A stretch of 64,000 nt of DNA from Moniliella sp. 'wahieum' (taxonomy: Eukaryota). A program made the translations under genes and the position numbers. A model generated the notes under the pieces. The model was not told the DNA's origin, did no database searches, and saw only the letters and a list, made by a program, of their open reading frames with translations. Below are positions 47,799 through 60,307 of this stretch, piece by piece. The DNA lies in assembly GCA_003971905.1 (NCBI GenBank), contig RSEE01000105.1, positions 1 through 64,000 of the forward strand, in the 5' to 3' direction. Positions within the stretch are counted from its first letter, which is position 1, and the number at the start of each line of letters is the position of its first letter.

Positions 47799-50700
47799 TA
47801 TTGTGCAGCTAAGTGGGATGGAGGTGGTAAAGTCATAAGATTCACTGCATAGCTCCCACAGGAGCAATGCTCCCATTCGCAAAGAGTAAAAACAAGAAAG
47901 ATAAGAAAACTACTGCTGCAGTGCCACTGGTCGCATGTCACCAGTATAGCACGCAATTCATCCACAAACACTCCTCCTCAAGAGTGGGAATGGTCCTCGA
48001 GACCAACACTCTTGCAACCATTGACATGCGCAGGACCAGGGACGGCCTTGGTGAGGAAGTCGGCCACCATGGACTGGGTGGGACAATACTCGTACTGAAT
48101 TGTTCCTGCCTCCGCCCATTCGCGCATTGCCTTGAGCTCAACGTCGTAGTGCTTGCTGCGACCATGCTTCTCAGTTGCTGCCAAGTAAGCCAGAGCAGGT
48201 TGATTGTCCACTTTGATGGCCATGCTCTTTTGATTCATCCCAAAGTCCTTAGCAATCTGAGCAGATGCTTTGCCTCACGAGAACCTTCTAGGGCAGCATT
48301 GAGCTCAGCCTCAGTAGTGGACAGGGCCAACTTGGTCTGCTTGCGACTTGCCCACGACACAGCAGCGCCAGCCAACTTGAACACGTAGCCTCCGACACAC
48401 TTCCGATTCAACTCTTCAGCAAAATCGGCATCCGTCCATCCTTGGATCAACTCGGTCGGTTGGCGGGTGTACACCAGCTTGAGTTGGTGGCCGGCCAGGT
48501 AGCGAAGAATCCCGTTCACGACTTCCCATGACTGCTTGGTCGGTTGGCATTAGACTGCCCGCAAAACCAGCAGCAAACGCAATGTCAGGCCGCGTGCCTT
48601 GGGCGCATACTGGATCGATCCCACCAGTGACTGGTACTCCACCACAGGGCGCTCGGGATTGGTCCCTTCCCTCCTCCTCCTCGGCCCGTTGCGCACGCAT
48701 GGCACTGACCACCGACTTGGTCACAGGCAGCAGACGCGGAACCGCCTCAGTCATACCCTCCTGCGCAAGGAGTTGGGCCACACTGGCAAACTGGTCCAAA
48801 CTCAAGCGACCACCAACACGATCGTATTCAACATTGAGTCCCACCATTTGCTTAATCGGGCCGAGATCCTTGACCACAAAGAAATCATTCAGTGCACGAT
48901 GAACACGACGCAACGCATTCACTCGGAGAGGCAGCAGCAAAGTCGTCAACCCAGCACAACAGGTACACTGGTTCCGGACCGTCCTTGATGTAGAGACATT
49001 CATCAGCAAGCGAGGCACGAAGCCCAGCGTGTGCAGCGCTGCCGCCAAGGTCTTGTACCAGGCGCGCGGGGAAGAGCGCAATCCATACAGAGCCTTCTCC
49101 AACTTGGCCACTCGGCCCGACCCATCGTCCAGACCCACTGGCAGACGCACATAGACCGGCTTGTCCAACGTCCCATTCAGAAAGGCGCCTTCCACATCCC
49201 ATACCCGAACGTGGTATGCTCGCTGACACGACACAGCCAGCAAGAACCGCAGAGATTCAATGCGTCCCACTGGTGCATACACCGTGCCCAGGGTCGCCCA
49301 GGGCTGAAGAAAGCCACGAGCAACAAGGCGTGCCTTGCGAGTTGATTGATGCATTCATGGCCATGGTCAAGACGCAGCAGGGCAAGGAAGTCAAGTTTTT
49401 CCGTACGGACAATGGGTCTCAATATGTCAGCGGTGCGTCAGAGCGAGTGCTTGCTCGGCGGGGTATTGTTCACGAGGTCAGTCCTCCCTACACTCCCGAG
49501 GCAAATGGGAAAGCTGAGCGCTTGAATCGGACATTGGTTACGATGGCACGGGCGTGGCGTGTTGACGGGCAAATTCCTCTGCATCTATGGCCCCTTCTTG
49601 TGTCCACTGCTGCGTATGTGCACAACATCGTGCCATCTCCGAGTCTGGCGGCGAAGGCTCGTGCCAGTCCCGTCCCAGAGAAGTTGTGGCTTGGGATTGA
49701 CCCCGATGTCAAGCACCTGCGGATCGTGGGGTGTATGGCGTGGGTGCTGGACCAGCGACCGGGGCGTGGCAAGTTGGATAGTCGTGCCCAGCCGGGCATC
49801 CTGGTGGGTTTTCAGGATCGGTAACGTACAAGGTTTGGGTTCAGCTCGGCAGCAAGTTGTGGCGACGCGTCATGTTCGGTTTGATGAGCGCCGGCGCTTG
49901 TTGGATGACCTGCAGCGGCGGTGGAGATGGAGGGTGCGGATACGGTTGGTGCGGATACGGTTGAAGTGGATTGGCCTTTGGAGCAAGTGGAACAAGTGGA
50001 ACACGTTGGTGGAGTGGATCAAGTTGAGCAAGTGGAGCAGGCGGATGAGGAGGAGCAAGTGGAGCAGGTGGGTGAGGAGGAGCAAGTGGAGCAGGCGGAT
50101 GAGGAGGAGCAAATGGCGCAGGAGGATGAGGAGGAGCGAGGTGCGGGCGGTGGTGGAAGCGGTGAGCAGCGGCGTGCATCTTCCGTATCGGACTCGTCCG
50201 GGGCGGAGGATTCGTGTCGAGTATGTGACGGGTGAGTCGAGCGATGAGGTTGCAATGTTAAAACCGGTACCCCCGCGGGTGCCCTTCGCCGGTCGACGCG
50301 GGTTTCTCGGGCGCCTGTGCGCTGGCAACCGGGCCAGTCTTCGCTTCTTCCCACCACCACTGCTGGCGAGTCTGAGGATGAGGACGAGGTGGCCAGGGGG
50401 CTCATTGCTTTTTGCCTTCTTTCCCTCGCCGATGAGAGCGAGCCAAGACGTGGAGCGAGGCCATGACTGGCCCCAATGGTGCCCTCTGGAAAGCGGCGGC
50501 TGAGCGTGAGAAGGCGGTGCTGCGCAAGATGCAGACCTGGCGCGAGCTTGTCCCTCTCCGCAGGGAGAAGTGGCGGTGGACACAAAGTGGCTTTTCACAT
50601 GGAAACGGGATGCTCGTGGTGTCATTGTGTCGGCCAAGGCATGGTAGCTAAGAGCTTGAGGCGCGCTTCCCACACAGGGAAATCCGTCCCATCCTTGAGG

Positions 50701-50952
50701 ATCGGGAGTTTAGTCTTGATCTTGAGTTCTTCAGACATGTCGTTGGCGAAAGAGGGATAAGCAGTGGGCTTCACAACCTATCGTGCAGCTAAGTGGGGAT
50801 GGAGGTGGTAAAGTCATAAGATTCACTGCATAGCTCCCACAGGAGCAATGCTCCCATTCGCAAAGAGTAAAAACAAGAAAGATAAGAAAACTACTGCTGC
50901 AGTGCCACTGGTCGCATGTCACCAGTATAGCACGCAATTCATCCACACAACA
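47799..50952 (-). mobile_element. Young Ty1/copia LTR retrotransposon with internal deletion and inversion
   Basis: LTRs 47799-47970 and 50779-50952 near-identical; perfect TSD GAAGG (47794-98, 50953-57); PBS GGTTGTGAAGCCC 50766-78; PPT GAGGAGGAG 47971-79; gag start MSEELKIKTKLPILKDGTDFPVWEARL. RT/RNaseH on minus (KARLVARGF, DVEGAFLNG, LYGLR, WVDD, WTDADFA, KHYDV); integrase core on plus (FRTDNG, ANGKAERLNRTL). Confidence 0.95.
50020..50137 (+). repeat. 27-bp tandem repeat encoding an acidic integrase-RT linker
   Basis: gagcaagtggagcaggcggatgaggag repeated; translates VEQVEQADEEEQVEQVGEEEQVEQADEEEQ. Confidence 0.85.
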
Positions 50953-51079
50953 GAAGGGAGGTATATATATGCCTCGGAGAAGAAGAGAAAACATGCGAGA
51001 GCTAAATCACACAAAGAACGTGATCAAAAGTGAGTCTGATTCCGACAGATTCCATATCGCGATTGCAATGGATGGGCAT

Positions 51080-53903
51080 GTAGAAAAATTAAGGCAGTAG
51101 GGAAAAGGGATTCCGTCGTTGACGCTGACATCTGCTGACGGTCTCCGGCTGGGTTGGCAAGGGGACAACTAGACCGCTGTGGGAGGCGCGTTCCTGTTGG
51201 GAAAAAACGTGTCGTTCCAGACCAGAAGTTTTTCCAGGGTATCGCCGTAGTCGTTCTGTGGCCCAAGGTTGGCCAGGTGATTGACGAAGCGGGTAAAGCG
51301 GGAGTCAGAGCCATCTGTACCATACTCCATGGCCGCGATAATGGCACAAAGCGAACTTCCCACAGCAGCGGCGGCAGAAAGAATGTAATTCATCCTGCCG
51401 ATAACCAATCCAGAGATTTTTTAGAGAAGAGAGTTAGCCACATTCATCCCGTGAACAATACAACGGTAAGATTGAGTAGTGGACGTACGCAATCCAATAA
51501 TTCAACTGTCGACGACGGGAAAACAGCAGGTGAGTGACAGCCCCCCAGAAAAACCAGGCGGTCCAGCAAATCGGTGAAAAAAGTGAGACTTGCGATACAC
51601 CACCAAGAAGAGCGGCCAATGGATCGAGCGGAGGTGAGCAAAGTGATTACAGTGAGGGGACACGCGTCCGGCAAGGTACAAGAACAGTGGCGCGACTGCG
51701 CCAATAAGGAAAAAGTACAGAGTCCACTGGTATTGGTGCAAGAGCCGTTCTTGTGAGGCCCGACGCCAGTCCAATATATGGGATCGTACAAACCTACAAC
51801 CCGCGATTTGGTAATGACGCTGATCTGCAGCGCATCGGAACTCCACCCCACCCAGATTCCACTTTGCAACACTGAGCAGGCCAATTGGGTTCCCACCAGT
51901 ACAAGAAGGTGATCCGTGGGGGGATCTTAAAGTAGACAGCCAGTTTGGAGCAGCCACAGTAGAGCATCGCTTGTGATGCTTCCCGCGCAGAATAGCTGAA
52001 ACAGCGGCAGGATGGTCGTGTGCCCAGGCAGAGAAGCACCAGCAATCAACGTCGCCAAGGGCTCCACACACTTTAGCTCCACCGACGTCCGGCCCAACAC
52101 AATGCCCACTGGAACAATGAAGATTGCAGCCAGCGCGAGGGCAAGCACAATCGCCCAAACCGGTACCGAGGTGTGGTACACGTGCACCATGGGGATGGCA
52201 AAGACAAATGCAACCAGAAGTAAACACAGGTACCACCAGTGGGAATGGCCGGGTAGTGGCGAGTTGGCGGGTGTGGGGGTCAGGCGAATCAGCCACGTTG
52301 GACACCTTCCACCGGCGCAGGTCGCCCCCATGGAAAAGCGGGGTGTGCACGAGTAAGGCAGTGCAAGCAGCATAGGAAAACGCCCAGGTCATGACGCTTG
52401 TGGCAGAAAAGTATCCTTTGGGTGGATGGGCGAATCAATTGGATGGGATCTAGATCCATGTCTTGGGGCAACGGGTTGATATGCATGTCGGTGGCATGCA
52501 GCTGTGGGTACCAAATCACGTTCATAACCGCATAGGGAATGCAGGCCGCTAGGTTCCGGTTGGTGAAAAATCGGGAGGGCAATGACCCACATGGCAACGG
52601 CGTAGCCACAAAATACGTTGACCAGCGCGCCCCATGGGACGATCAAGGGTGAATTCAACGCTGTGATCACTAAATTCCAGTCCAGGGACCAAAAAGACCA
52701 GCCCATGCCACCCTTTGAATCGAACAATAGATTGACCACAAAGTTGGACGGAGCAATCCACGTCGGCCACTCGAACCTCCCCAGAGGTGGATAGAAGAAT
52801 TGTGGGATCCAGTGCCAGACGAACATGACCGTCGCCACAATCCAGAAGACGCGGCGACGGTTCCAGTTGCCACGTCGAACCCCGTGTAAGGCCGTCAACA
52901 TTGCACTGGTCTGAAGCTGCTGAGGATAAATCAGCTTACCAGGCCAAATGAGAAGACGTGTGGCAAGACCGGCCAAGGCAAATCCAAAGAATGGGGTCGA
53001 GAGGTAAATGAGAAAGAGGAACCCGGGTGGGTATGTGTTCTCTTGTTTTGTGCCACCCTCCGTCAATAGAGACATTCCGGCCAAGTATTGCACGGTTAGG
53101 TTGGGTCCCATGGCAACCGCAGTGACTATGGTGCAGATACTGCGCGAAACAATCACAAGTGTCAGAAAGAGGTCCCCTTCTCTGGGAGCTCAACGCCTCG
53201 GAAGATGGGACGCACGTATGCTCCTTGAGGTTAAATGGGCCCGGGTTGATGAACCAAGCCAGGGGCCAGTGGGATGGGTATGGTATTTTCGATAGTGCGA
53301 AGCCTAAGCAGTAGGTGAATGGCTGTACCAACACCGCACTTGTAGACACAAAGATCTGTGGGTTGGCCGCGTCTCCTCGGATCTCCATAGCAACGAGGGC
53401 GGGGTGAGCCGAGGGCCAGGACAATGGAAAGCAGCCAGGTGCGGATCGTGTTGTATGGCATATCTGGGTCGTCTTCGTTAGGCACGACTGCGCGCACCCG
53501 CGCATCAGCCAAGTCCGGAATCTTCTCTTCGTCTGTGTCATTTTTATCTCCATTGTTGGCGCCTTCACCCCACTGGTCTGATTCCCTGTTTTCGTTCGTC
53601 GCCAGTCGTGTCCCAGAGGGTTCATCATGTGGACTTAGCAATCGGTCGTTGTGATAGAGCGCGTTTTCCAAGAGCGACTCTGTTTCGATGCCATTCTCGT
53701 TGTCGTCCTCGTCTGTGTTTGTGAACGAAAATGGGGTAGTGTTCTTGTACGGCGTGGTTTGTTGGTGTTATGCTATGAGTTGTGAGAGGCCAAAGAGAGT
53801 CGACGGCATCCGGCGTGGACGCAAGGTCCGAGCCTTTGGAAAGTGGGTGGATCCGTTCCTCATCTGATTGTTTGATCCCGCCGCTCGAGCAAGGTGTCGA
53901 CAT
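51080..53903 (-). CDS. OPT-family oligopeptide transporter, copy 3 (frameshifted; 3' end approximate)
   Basis: ARVRAVVPNEDDPDMPYNTIRTWLL, NPGPFNLKEH, YFKIPPR, RMNYILSAA; collinear with copies 1 and 2 including flanks. Confidence 0.9.
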
Positions 53904-56182
53904 GATGTTTCGCCTTTGGTTTTGCTTGTGGTGTTGGCGGTACCCGTAACAGTTGTTGTTGTTGGTAGTGGTGGTGAATCACAGTCATTGTGAGTTGAGC
54001 TTGCATTTATACCATCAGAGGTCGTCGTTCCATCTCCGTTCCGACTCACAGGTCATCAAGTGCTACCTTCCTCGCTCTCCCGCTCATATCATGCTCTTGT
54101 GTGAGCTCGCGCCTGGAGGCTATTAGCATTATCGACTACGTAACTCCCCTGTTGCATCGGTTCCGACCAACGTGGATTTGAACCCCTCCTCAAAAATACC
54201 GTGTCGCGATGTGTGAAGCTTGAAAGTTCTGACCTGGAGATACTTAGTCTCAAAACCACAGACGATCAACGAGTAACAATCAAGTAGCGAGGTGAGCGAG
54301 AAGAAAGAAAGGGGGAAGGGGGGAGGAGAAGTGGCGGCGAAGAGGACTGAACACTGAACAACCAGTGGGACAGAAGTGAGCACATGGCCTGCTAGTCTGC
54401 GCGCGGTAACTCTAGGGCCTAGCTGTCACATCTCCGAAGCACGCAAGGCAACAGTGGGTGATATGGCAACAATTCGACGCACATCGCGCCTCAAGAAGGC
54501 TATGAGGGACTGTGGTATGGAACTCTGCCGCGCGGGCTGCGATAAGGGTTCGGAGAATATGCGGACCAGGGAGCGACAGTGACGGCTGCGAGCGGGGGAT
54601 GAATCTCGTGTGCAATGGTTCAGCCGACGGCTGCAAGCGAGAAGCGAGTCGAGGAAGAGCGAAGACAGGAGCGTAACCACAGTTGCGCCCCACACACGGG
54701 GTTAGTGCGGCAGAGGGCTACAGCAGGGGGCTGTGTCTAGGAAGCTTTTCTCCCACGGTACCCTGCCGCCGTCTGCCCTAGTGCGGGATCCCGTGAGGGT
54801 AGGGTATGTGCGCACCTATAATAACGCCCACACGTATTATTACGAGGAAGCTTTTTACCCTAAAAAAGCACAATCGTGAAGCCATCAGGAATCGTATAGC
54901 AGCTCGCGAATCATGAACATGTGTGGACTGTCAAGATTCGGAGCTTCATCCCTTCGCCGGGGTGAGAAGAGCCGGGCATGGGCATATGACCCGATGATCC
55001 TCAATCATCCAAGCGACAACCGGGGGATCGGCATGACGGAATAGGTGCGCTGAGAGTCACTGTATGCACCTCCTCCAGCTCTTCTCCAAGGTTGGATCCC
55101 CAGTTACTTCAGTCTTAACACCGACCACAACTGCTGCATATCTGGTTTATTGAACCTTGTAAGGGTATTCTAGGGTAGCCCACTTCCCGGCTCTCGATCC
55201 CGTGCTGTTTGCGCGCTAATGAGCACAGAGTAAAGGACGGATGAGATGAGAGCCGTGCGCATCGTGCTCCAAGAGGGTAGCAGCTGAATATAGGGAGGAG
55301 AGGGAGTTTGGGGCCCGACCAAAGCAAGACTTCATATCTTACTGCCAATGAAGAACGGTATTTTGTCAACCGTAACCACACTCGCAGTTGCCGCGGGAAC
55401 CACCTACATGGGCCCTTTGGCTACTCCCTTCACCATGCTCCGCTCCTCCCTGGATGTAGCGTTTATCCCTGGGACCGACCCCCATCCTCTCTTCCCAATC
55501 GGGGGTGTTAGCGGCCGTAAGTAAGCCCACAGGCAAGGTGGCGCGAGTGGCATGGGGGGATGGTGGCACTCAACTTACTGGCCACTTTGGATCTGCCCCC
55601 GCGGTTCTCATGCCCGCCCGAGAGGGTATACTAGCATTACTGCGACTGACCACTTCCGCACTCGCGCGAGGGCGGGCCTGGGAAAAAGGGAGCACGGACA
55701 GCTGGCAAGGAAATTAGCTGATTCGAAGGATTGTGGCTATGGTATCGAGGTGCTGCGCGTGTGGTTGGCCACGGTGTGCATGGCATCGCTCACAGCAGTG
55801 ATGGCCGTAGCACAGCAGCAGTATGGTGTGGAGCAGACGCTAGGTGTGGAGACATGCGGGACTGGCCACAGACCACTGAACTCCTATCTTTGCATATGGC
55901 ACCCGCATTTGTGTACCATTAGGAGAGGGAGCAAGCGAGAGAGGGGCAAAAGCAAAAGGCAAAGGTAAAGGTAAAGGCAAAGGGAACGACAGACGCTAAT
56001 GACAAAGGCATTGTTCACCCAGTGCACTGCTGCGACAGGAGAAAAGAGCAAATGCAGAACAGACGAGATCGCAGCAGACTGGACGGTAGGATGGGAGAGA
56101 GAGAGAGAGCAATGGGGCAGGAGAGCAAGGGAACAGGGAAGCAAGGGGGCAGGGGGCAGGGGAGCAGGGGAGCAGGAGCAAA

Positions 56183-58169
56183 TTAGCGGAACCAGCCTTC
56201 TTCTTCTTCTCTGCCATACCGCCGGCTAGGTCGGCCGACGAAAGTCCTGCAGAATCTGACGATCCCGGGAGAGGAGGCAAGGCCTGACTGAGCGAGCGAG
56301 GCAACCCAAGTCCCGTACCCGCGAGTGGGGAGGGTGGCGCGCCCATCGCTTGGGGAGGCAGTGCGTGCGGTACAGATCGCAAGGAGCTAGTGCTGGCCGC
56401 TGTCTGTGGGTACGCGGAGGCAGAGGCACCTGCTGCCACTGGCCTGGCCTGGGACGAGGGTGCGGCAGGGAGAGGGCTGGCAGTGACGCCCGCCAAGCCG
56501 GAGAGACGTGCGCTGGCTCGCTTGTCACCATGTTGCAAGGCTGACTGGTACCATGCCTTAGCCTCGGGAGGATTGCGTTTGGTCCCGATACCCATTTCGG
56601 TAAAGTAGCCGACGGCGTATTCGGCCTTGGCGAGTCCCTGTTCGGCGGCCTTTCGTGCCCAGAGGTAGGCCTCGGTATCGGACTGAGGCAGGATGCCAGG
56701 TGCACCAACGAGGTACCACGCACACAGGGCAAAACACGATTCTTTGTGGTTTTGTTGCGCGCGGCAATGTTGTACATGTGAATGGACAGGCCTGGATCTT
56801 GGGCGCAGCCCATCCTGCCATACTCGTACGCCACACCCAACTTGTACGCGCTGGGTGCGTACCCCAACTCGGCCGCCTGGGCCAAGAGTTCAGTCGCATA
56901 GGCGTAATCGACAAAGATGACATTATCAATTCCGCGTTGGTGCAGCAGGGCGAGTTCGTGCAAGGCATGTGGGAACTCGGCAGTGGCCATATCGGCCGAC
57001 AATTTGATCCACTTGACACCTTCTTTGGCGTTCTTTTTGAGCCCCAACTCGCCGTTGAGCTCAGCGGTGGCCAAGCGGAACATGGCGCCCGGATGGCCCT
57101 GCGCAGCGGCCTTTTTGTAAAACTGGATCGCTTTCGACGAATCTTTGCGGCAGCCCCAGCCGCGCTCGGTGCATGTGCCAGCACGGTAGGCTGCATCGGC
57201 ATGGGCGTGTTTGGCAGCGAGGACAAAGAGGGGGTAGGCCTTGTCGAACTGCGCCTTGCCCGACGAGGAGGCCAAGCCATTGGCGTAGCAGTCGGCGAGA
57301 AAGTACTGTGCGTCCGGGTGGCCGCGATCGGAGATTTTGCGGAGCAAGGCGACGGCCTCCTTTACCAGCTCGGACCGGTCCTGGGCAGTGGCGGGATCGA
57401 GGTTGTTCTGCGGGGAGCGGGAGGACTGGACCATAAAGACAGCCAGTTCGTACATCAAGTCGGGGTCCTGGACTTTTTCTGCATTCTTGCGGTAAAGCTC
57501 GAGGGTTTTTTCGTGGCTCAGCAACGAGGCCTGGGCGCCGGGACGGAGAACTTGGCTGCCCTGCTCAAAGATGCGGCTGGCCGAGGCGAGGAAGGCGGGC
57601 TGGTAGCTGGCGCCAAAGGGAGACGAGGGCTGCGGGGTGGCGGGGCGGCTGCTGACGAGGGAGGTGGTGGAGCCGAGGAAGGAGGGGAAGGTGGCGATGG
57701 CGGCCGAGGCGCTGGTGGGCGTGGAGGAGCCGCGCGAGGCGGGTGGCGCGATCTGGTCGGCGATGGACAGCGGGGGCAGGCCGGGGCGGGGTGGGGGTGG
57801 GATGGGGGTGCTCGAGCGGGGGCTGGAGGGGCTCGGGGGGCAGATGCACGGGTGCCGGGCGCAGGGGCGCGGGGCGCACCGGCTGGGGGGTAGAAGCTGT
57901 CGGGGCGTGGGCGCGGCGGAGGAGGCGCGGGCGAGGGCGAGGGTGCGGCGGGGCCGGGCGGGCGGCCGTCGAGGCTCAGCTGGGACACGAGTGCGTCCAG
58001 CCCGCCCGGAGGGGACGCGGGGCCGGGGGCGGAGGCGGCGGGGAAGGCCATGGCGGTGGTGGCGGTGGTGGTCGGGTAGCGGTGGTGTTGGTCGTCGTCG
58101 TCGTCGTCGCCGTCGAGGGCGCGTTCCAGCGTGGCAGGGCGGGATGAATGTGGGATGGATTGCATCCAT
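56183..58169 (-). CDS. Sel1-repeat chitin synthase regulator (Chs4/Skt5/Csr-like)
   Basis: LELYRKNAEK, GHPDAQYFLADCYANG, FVLAAKHAHADAAYRAG, GHPGAMFRL, FPHALHELALLH, GYAPSAYKLGVAYEYG, AKAWYQSALQHGDKRA. End inferred as KKKK(G)WFR-stop assuming one missing base. Confidence 0.9.
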
Positions 58170-58473
58170 CTCGCAGAGCGATCAGCCTGATCGCTCAGCC
58201 TGATCGCTGAGGCTCAGCCGTTCGCATTAACCATTAACCCTAAGCCGGGGCGTGCGTCACATGTGACATGCCACAGCGTGGGGTGTGATACGGAGTCACA
58301 CGCTCGTCACCGCCCTGTCACTGTGGCTGACAAAACCAACGCCGCCCCACGCCGCCTGCCCGCCGGCGCTTCCCGCGGAAGCTGCGTCGAACGTCACCAG
58401 TGCCGGTGCCCGCCGCGTAGCGTTGCGAGTGGCCCTGCCCTGCGCCGCACACCCACCACCGCCGCCCACCCCC

Positions 58474-60307
58474 ATGGCCCCCCCCCCCACCCGTCCGCCT
58501 CGGCCTGCCGGGGCCACCACCCTCCCCTCCCTCGCCCTCGCCCTCGCCCTAACCCTCGCCCTCGCCGCCACCCCCCGCCCTGCCGCTGCGCACGGCAACC
58601 ACGAGCATACCGCCGAGGTGCAAGACGCCGTCCCCGTCGACACGGTCCTCTGGATCCACATCGCCCTCCAGTCCTTCGTCTGGCTCATTCTCTTCCCCCT
58701 CGTCATGGTCCTGGGCCTGGTTCGCCACCGCCTCCATGTCCCCCTCGGCATCTTCGCCTTGCTCGCCACCACGTTGGGGTACGTGTTGGGGTACGCACAC
58801 AAGGGCCGCACCTTCCCCTCCTCCGCCCACGGTCCCATGGGTGGCGTCTTGGTCTTCTACTTGGCTGCGCAGTTTGTGCTGGGCGTGTACCTCAAGCTGC
58901 ACCGGCAACCGTTTGGCGTCTATGTCCACCGGGCGCTTCTGTTTGTGCATGGTCTGCTGGGCCGCCTCTTCCCTGTCTTGGGATGGACCCAGTGCTTGCT
59001 GGGCATTGTTGCCTTCCGCGGGTGGTGTCGCGGTGGGCGCTTGGGCCAGTGCCTAGCGCACTACATTATGGGCAGCTCCATCTCTGCCTATGGTATTATC
59101 CTCATCCTTTCGCTCTCTGCCGGTGGCTCCGCCTGGCTGGCCCGCCAAAACAAAGCGCAGGAGCACTACGAGGCCTGGCTCATCTTTCTCTGGGGCATGT
59201 TCAACACCTTTACGGAGCATCATGGTGGGCCCTGGACGCACAAAGATTTGCAGCACACCATGATGGGTGTGCTGTGGTGGACTGGTGGTGCAGTGGCGTT
59301 GTGGCAAACTCGGAATGGACAACGCTCTGTCTTCCCCTCACTCATCTTACTCTTGACTGGGTGGGCCATGGCCGCCCACTCGCAATCGCTGGTGCGCTTC
59401 CTCTACCCTGCCCTATACGGCACCCCGTTGGGGGCTTGTTGAAATGGAAGACTAACTGACTTGCCCAATCACTTTTTTTTGACAGATGCTTTCGACGATG
59501 GTACATGCACTGTTTGGCTATGCCCTGTGCGGGGCATCGCTAGCGCGGATCGTCGAGATTTGCTTTGTGCTGAAAGAGCAGCGGAACGGCGACGAGGCCC
59601 TCACGGCCTCCGGTCGGGCTCGGGGCGGGAGGAAGGCAGGACGGCAGGCCAACAAGCCGCCGCTCGTTCCCCGCGTGTCTTCTCCTACCTGCCCGCGTAC
59701 CTTATGGTCGCCGCCGCGCATCCTCTTCATGTCCGCCACTGATGAGGAGCTGCACTGGGCCGACGACCAAGGTGTGGATGGTGGCACATGGGCATGATTG
59801 ACTTTTCAGTGGCCTTTTTTGTGTTTTTCTACACCTCGGTCTTGGTTGACCAGTACACGTCGTGGGGCGGGCGGTATGGCCAACGCAATGCTGCGGCGCG
59901 GGGCACAGGACCCGATGCCGAAGCGGCAGCTACTTACCAGGCTGTCGCAGGCAACGAGGAGGCCGAGGAGACCGAGGAGATGGAGATGGAGGACCGCAGA
60001 CGCTTGTCCGTCGACGGCCAGCTGTCTGGGGAGGAAGATGCCGTTCCGCTCACCCGTGGCTCCCCTAAGCATACCTCACCCCCCGCCCTCTTCGTTGCGG
60101 GCCGAGTCGGTTGGGGAGCCCTTGAGCCATACGGCGCGCGGTGACGAGCTGCGCAGTGGGACGGGCGTGTCTTCGCCACTGAGGCCATCTCTTCCGGACC
60201 CACGCCTCTCCACCTCTTCCGATCCGCACCATGTACTCTGGTCGACGCATGACGACCCGGAACACGACCCGTTTGCCGACTCGGACGATACAGCGACGCT
60301 GGCCTGA
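58474..60307 (+). CDS. YTP1: Ytp1 family membrane protein (DUF2427 + Ytp1 domains)
   Basis: Signal peptide then PVDTVLWIHI..ILFPLVMVLGLVRHRLHVP, GWCRGGRLGQCLAHYIMGS, NTFTEHHGGPWTHKDLQHT, STMVHALFGY, LFMSATDEE; intron 59392-59485. Confidence 0.9.

Larger units (their letters stand above)
47738..51047 (-). mobile_element. ~150-bp solo LTR (47738-47798 + 50958-51047) interrupted by the copia element
   Basis: Absent from OPT copies 1 and 2 at the homologous site (ctgatgc|catagcg). Minus-strand ends TGTCGG...GTGATA; flanks GATGC (47733-37) / GATTC (51048-52); internal TATATATA. Confidence 0.7.

Noticed and set aside
10700..53903. Calling the OPT copies pseudogenes
   Set aside because: Frameshifts are just as common in housekeeping genes here, so they cannot be separated from assembly error.
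55000..55990. ORFs between cassette copy 3 and the Chs4-like gene
   Set aside because: Short, no motifs, no element termini identified.
56655..57893. Long antisense ORFs (412 aa here; also 9447-10387 and 31156-32202)
   Set aside because: Shadow ORFs expected from GC-biased codon usage on the opposite strand.
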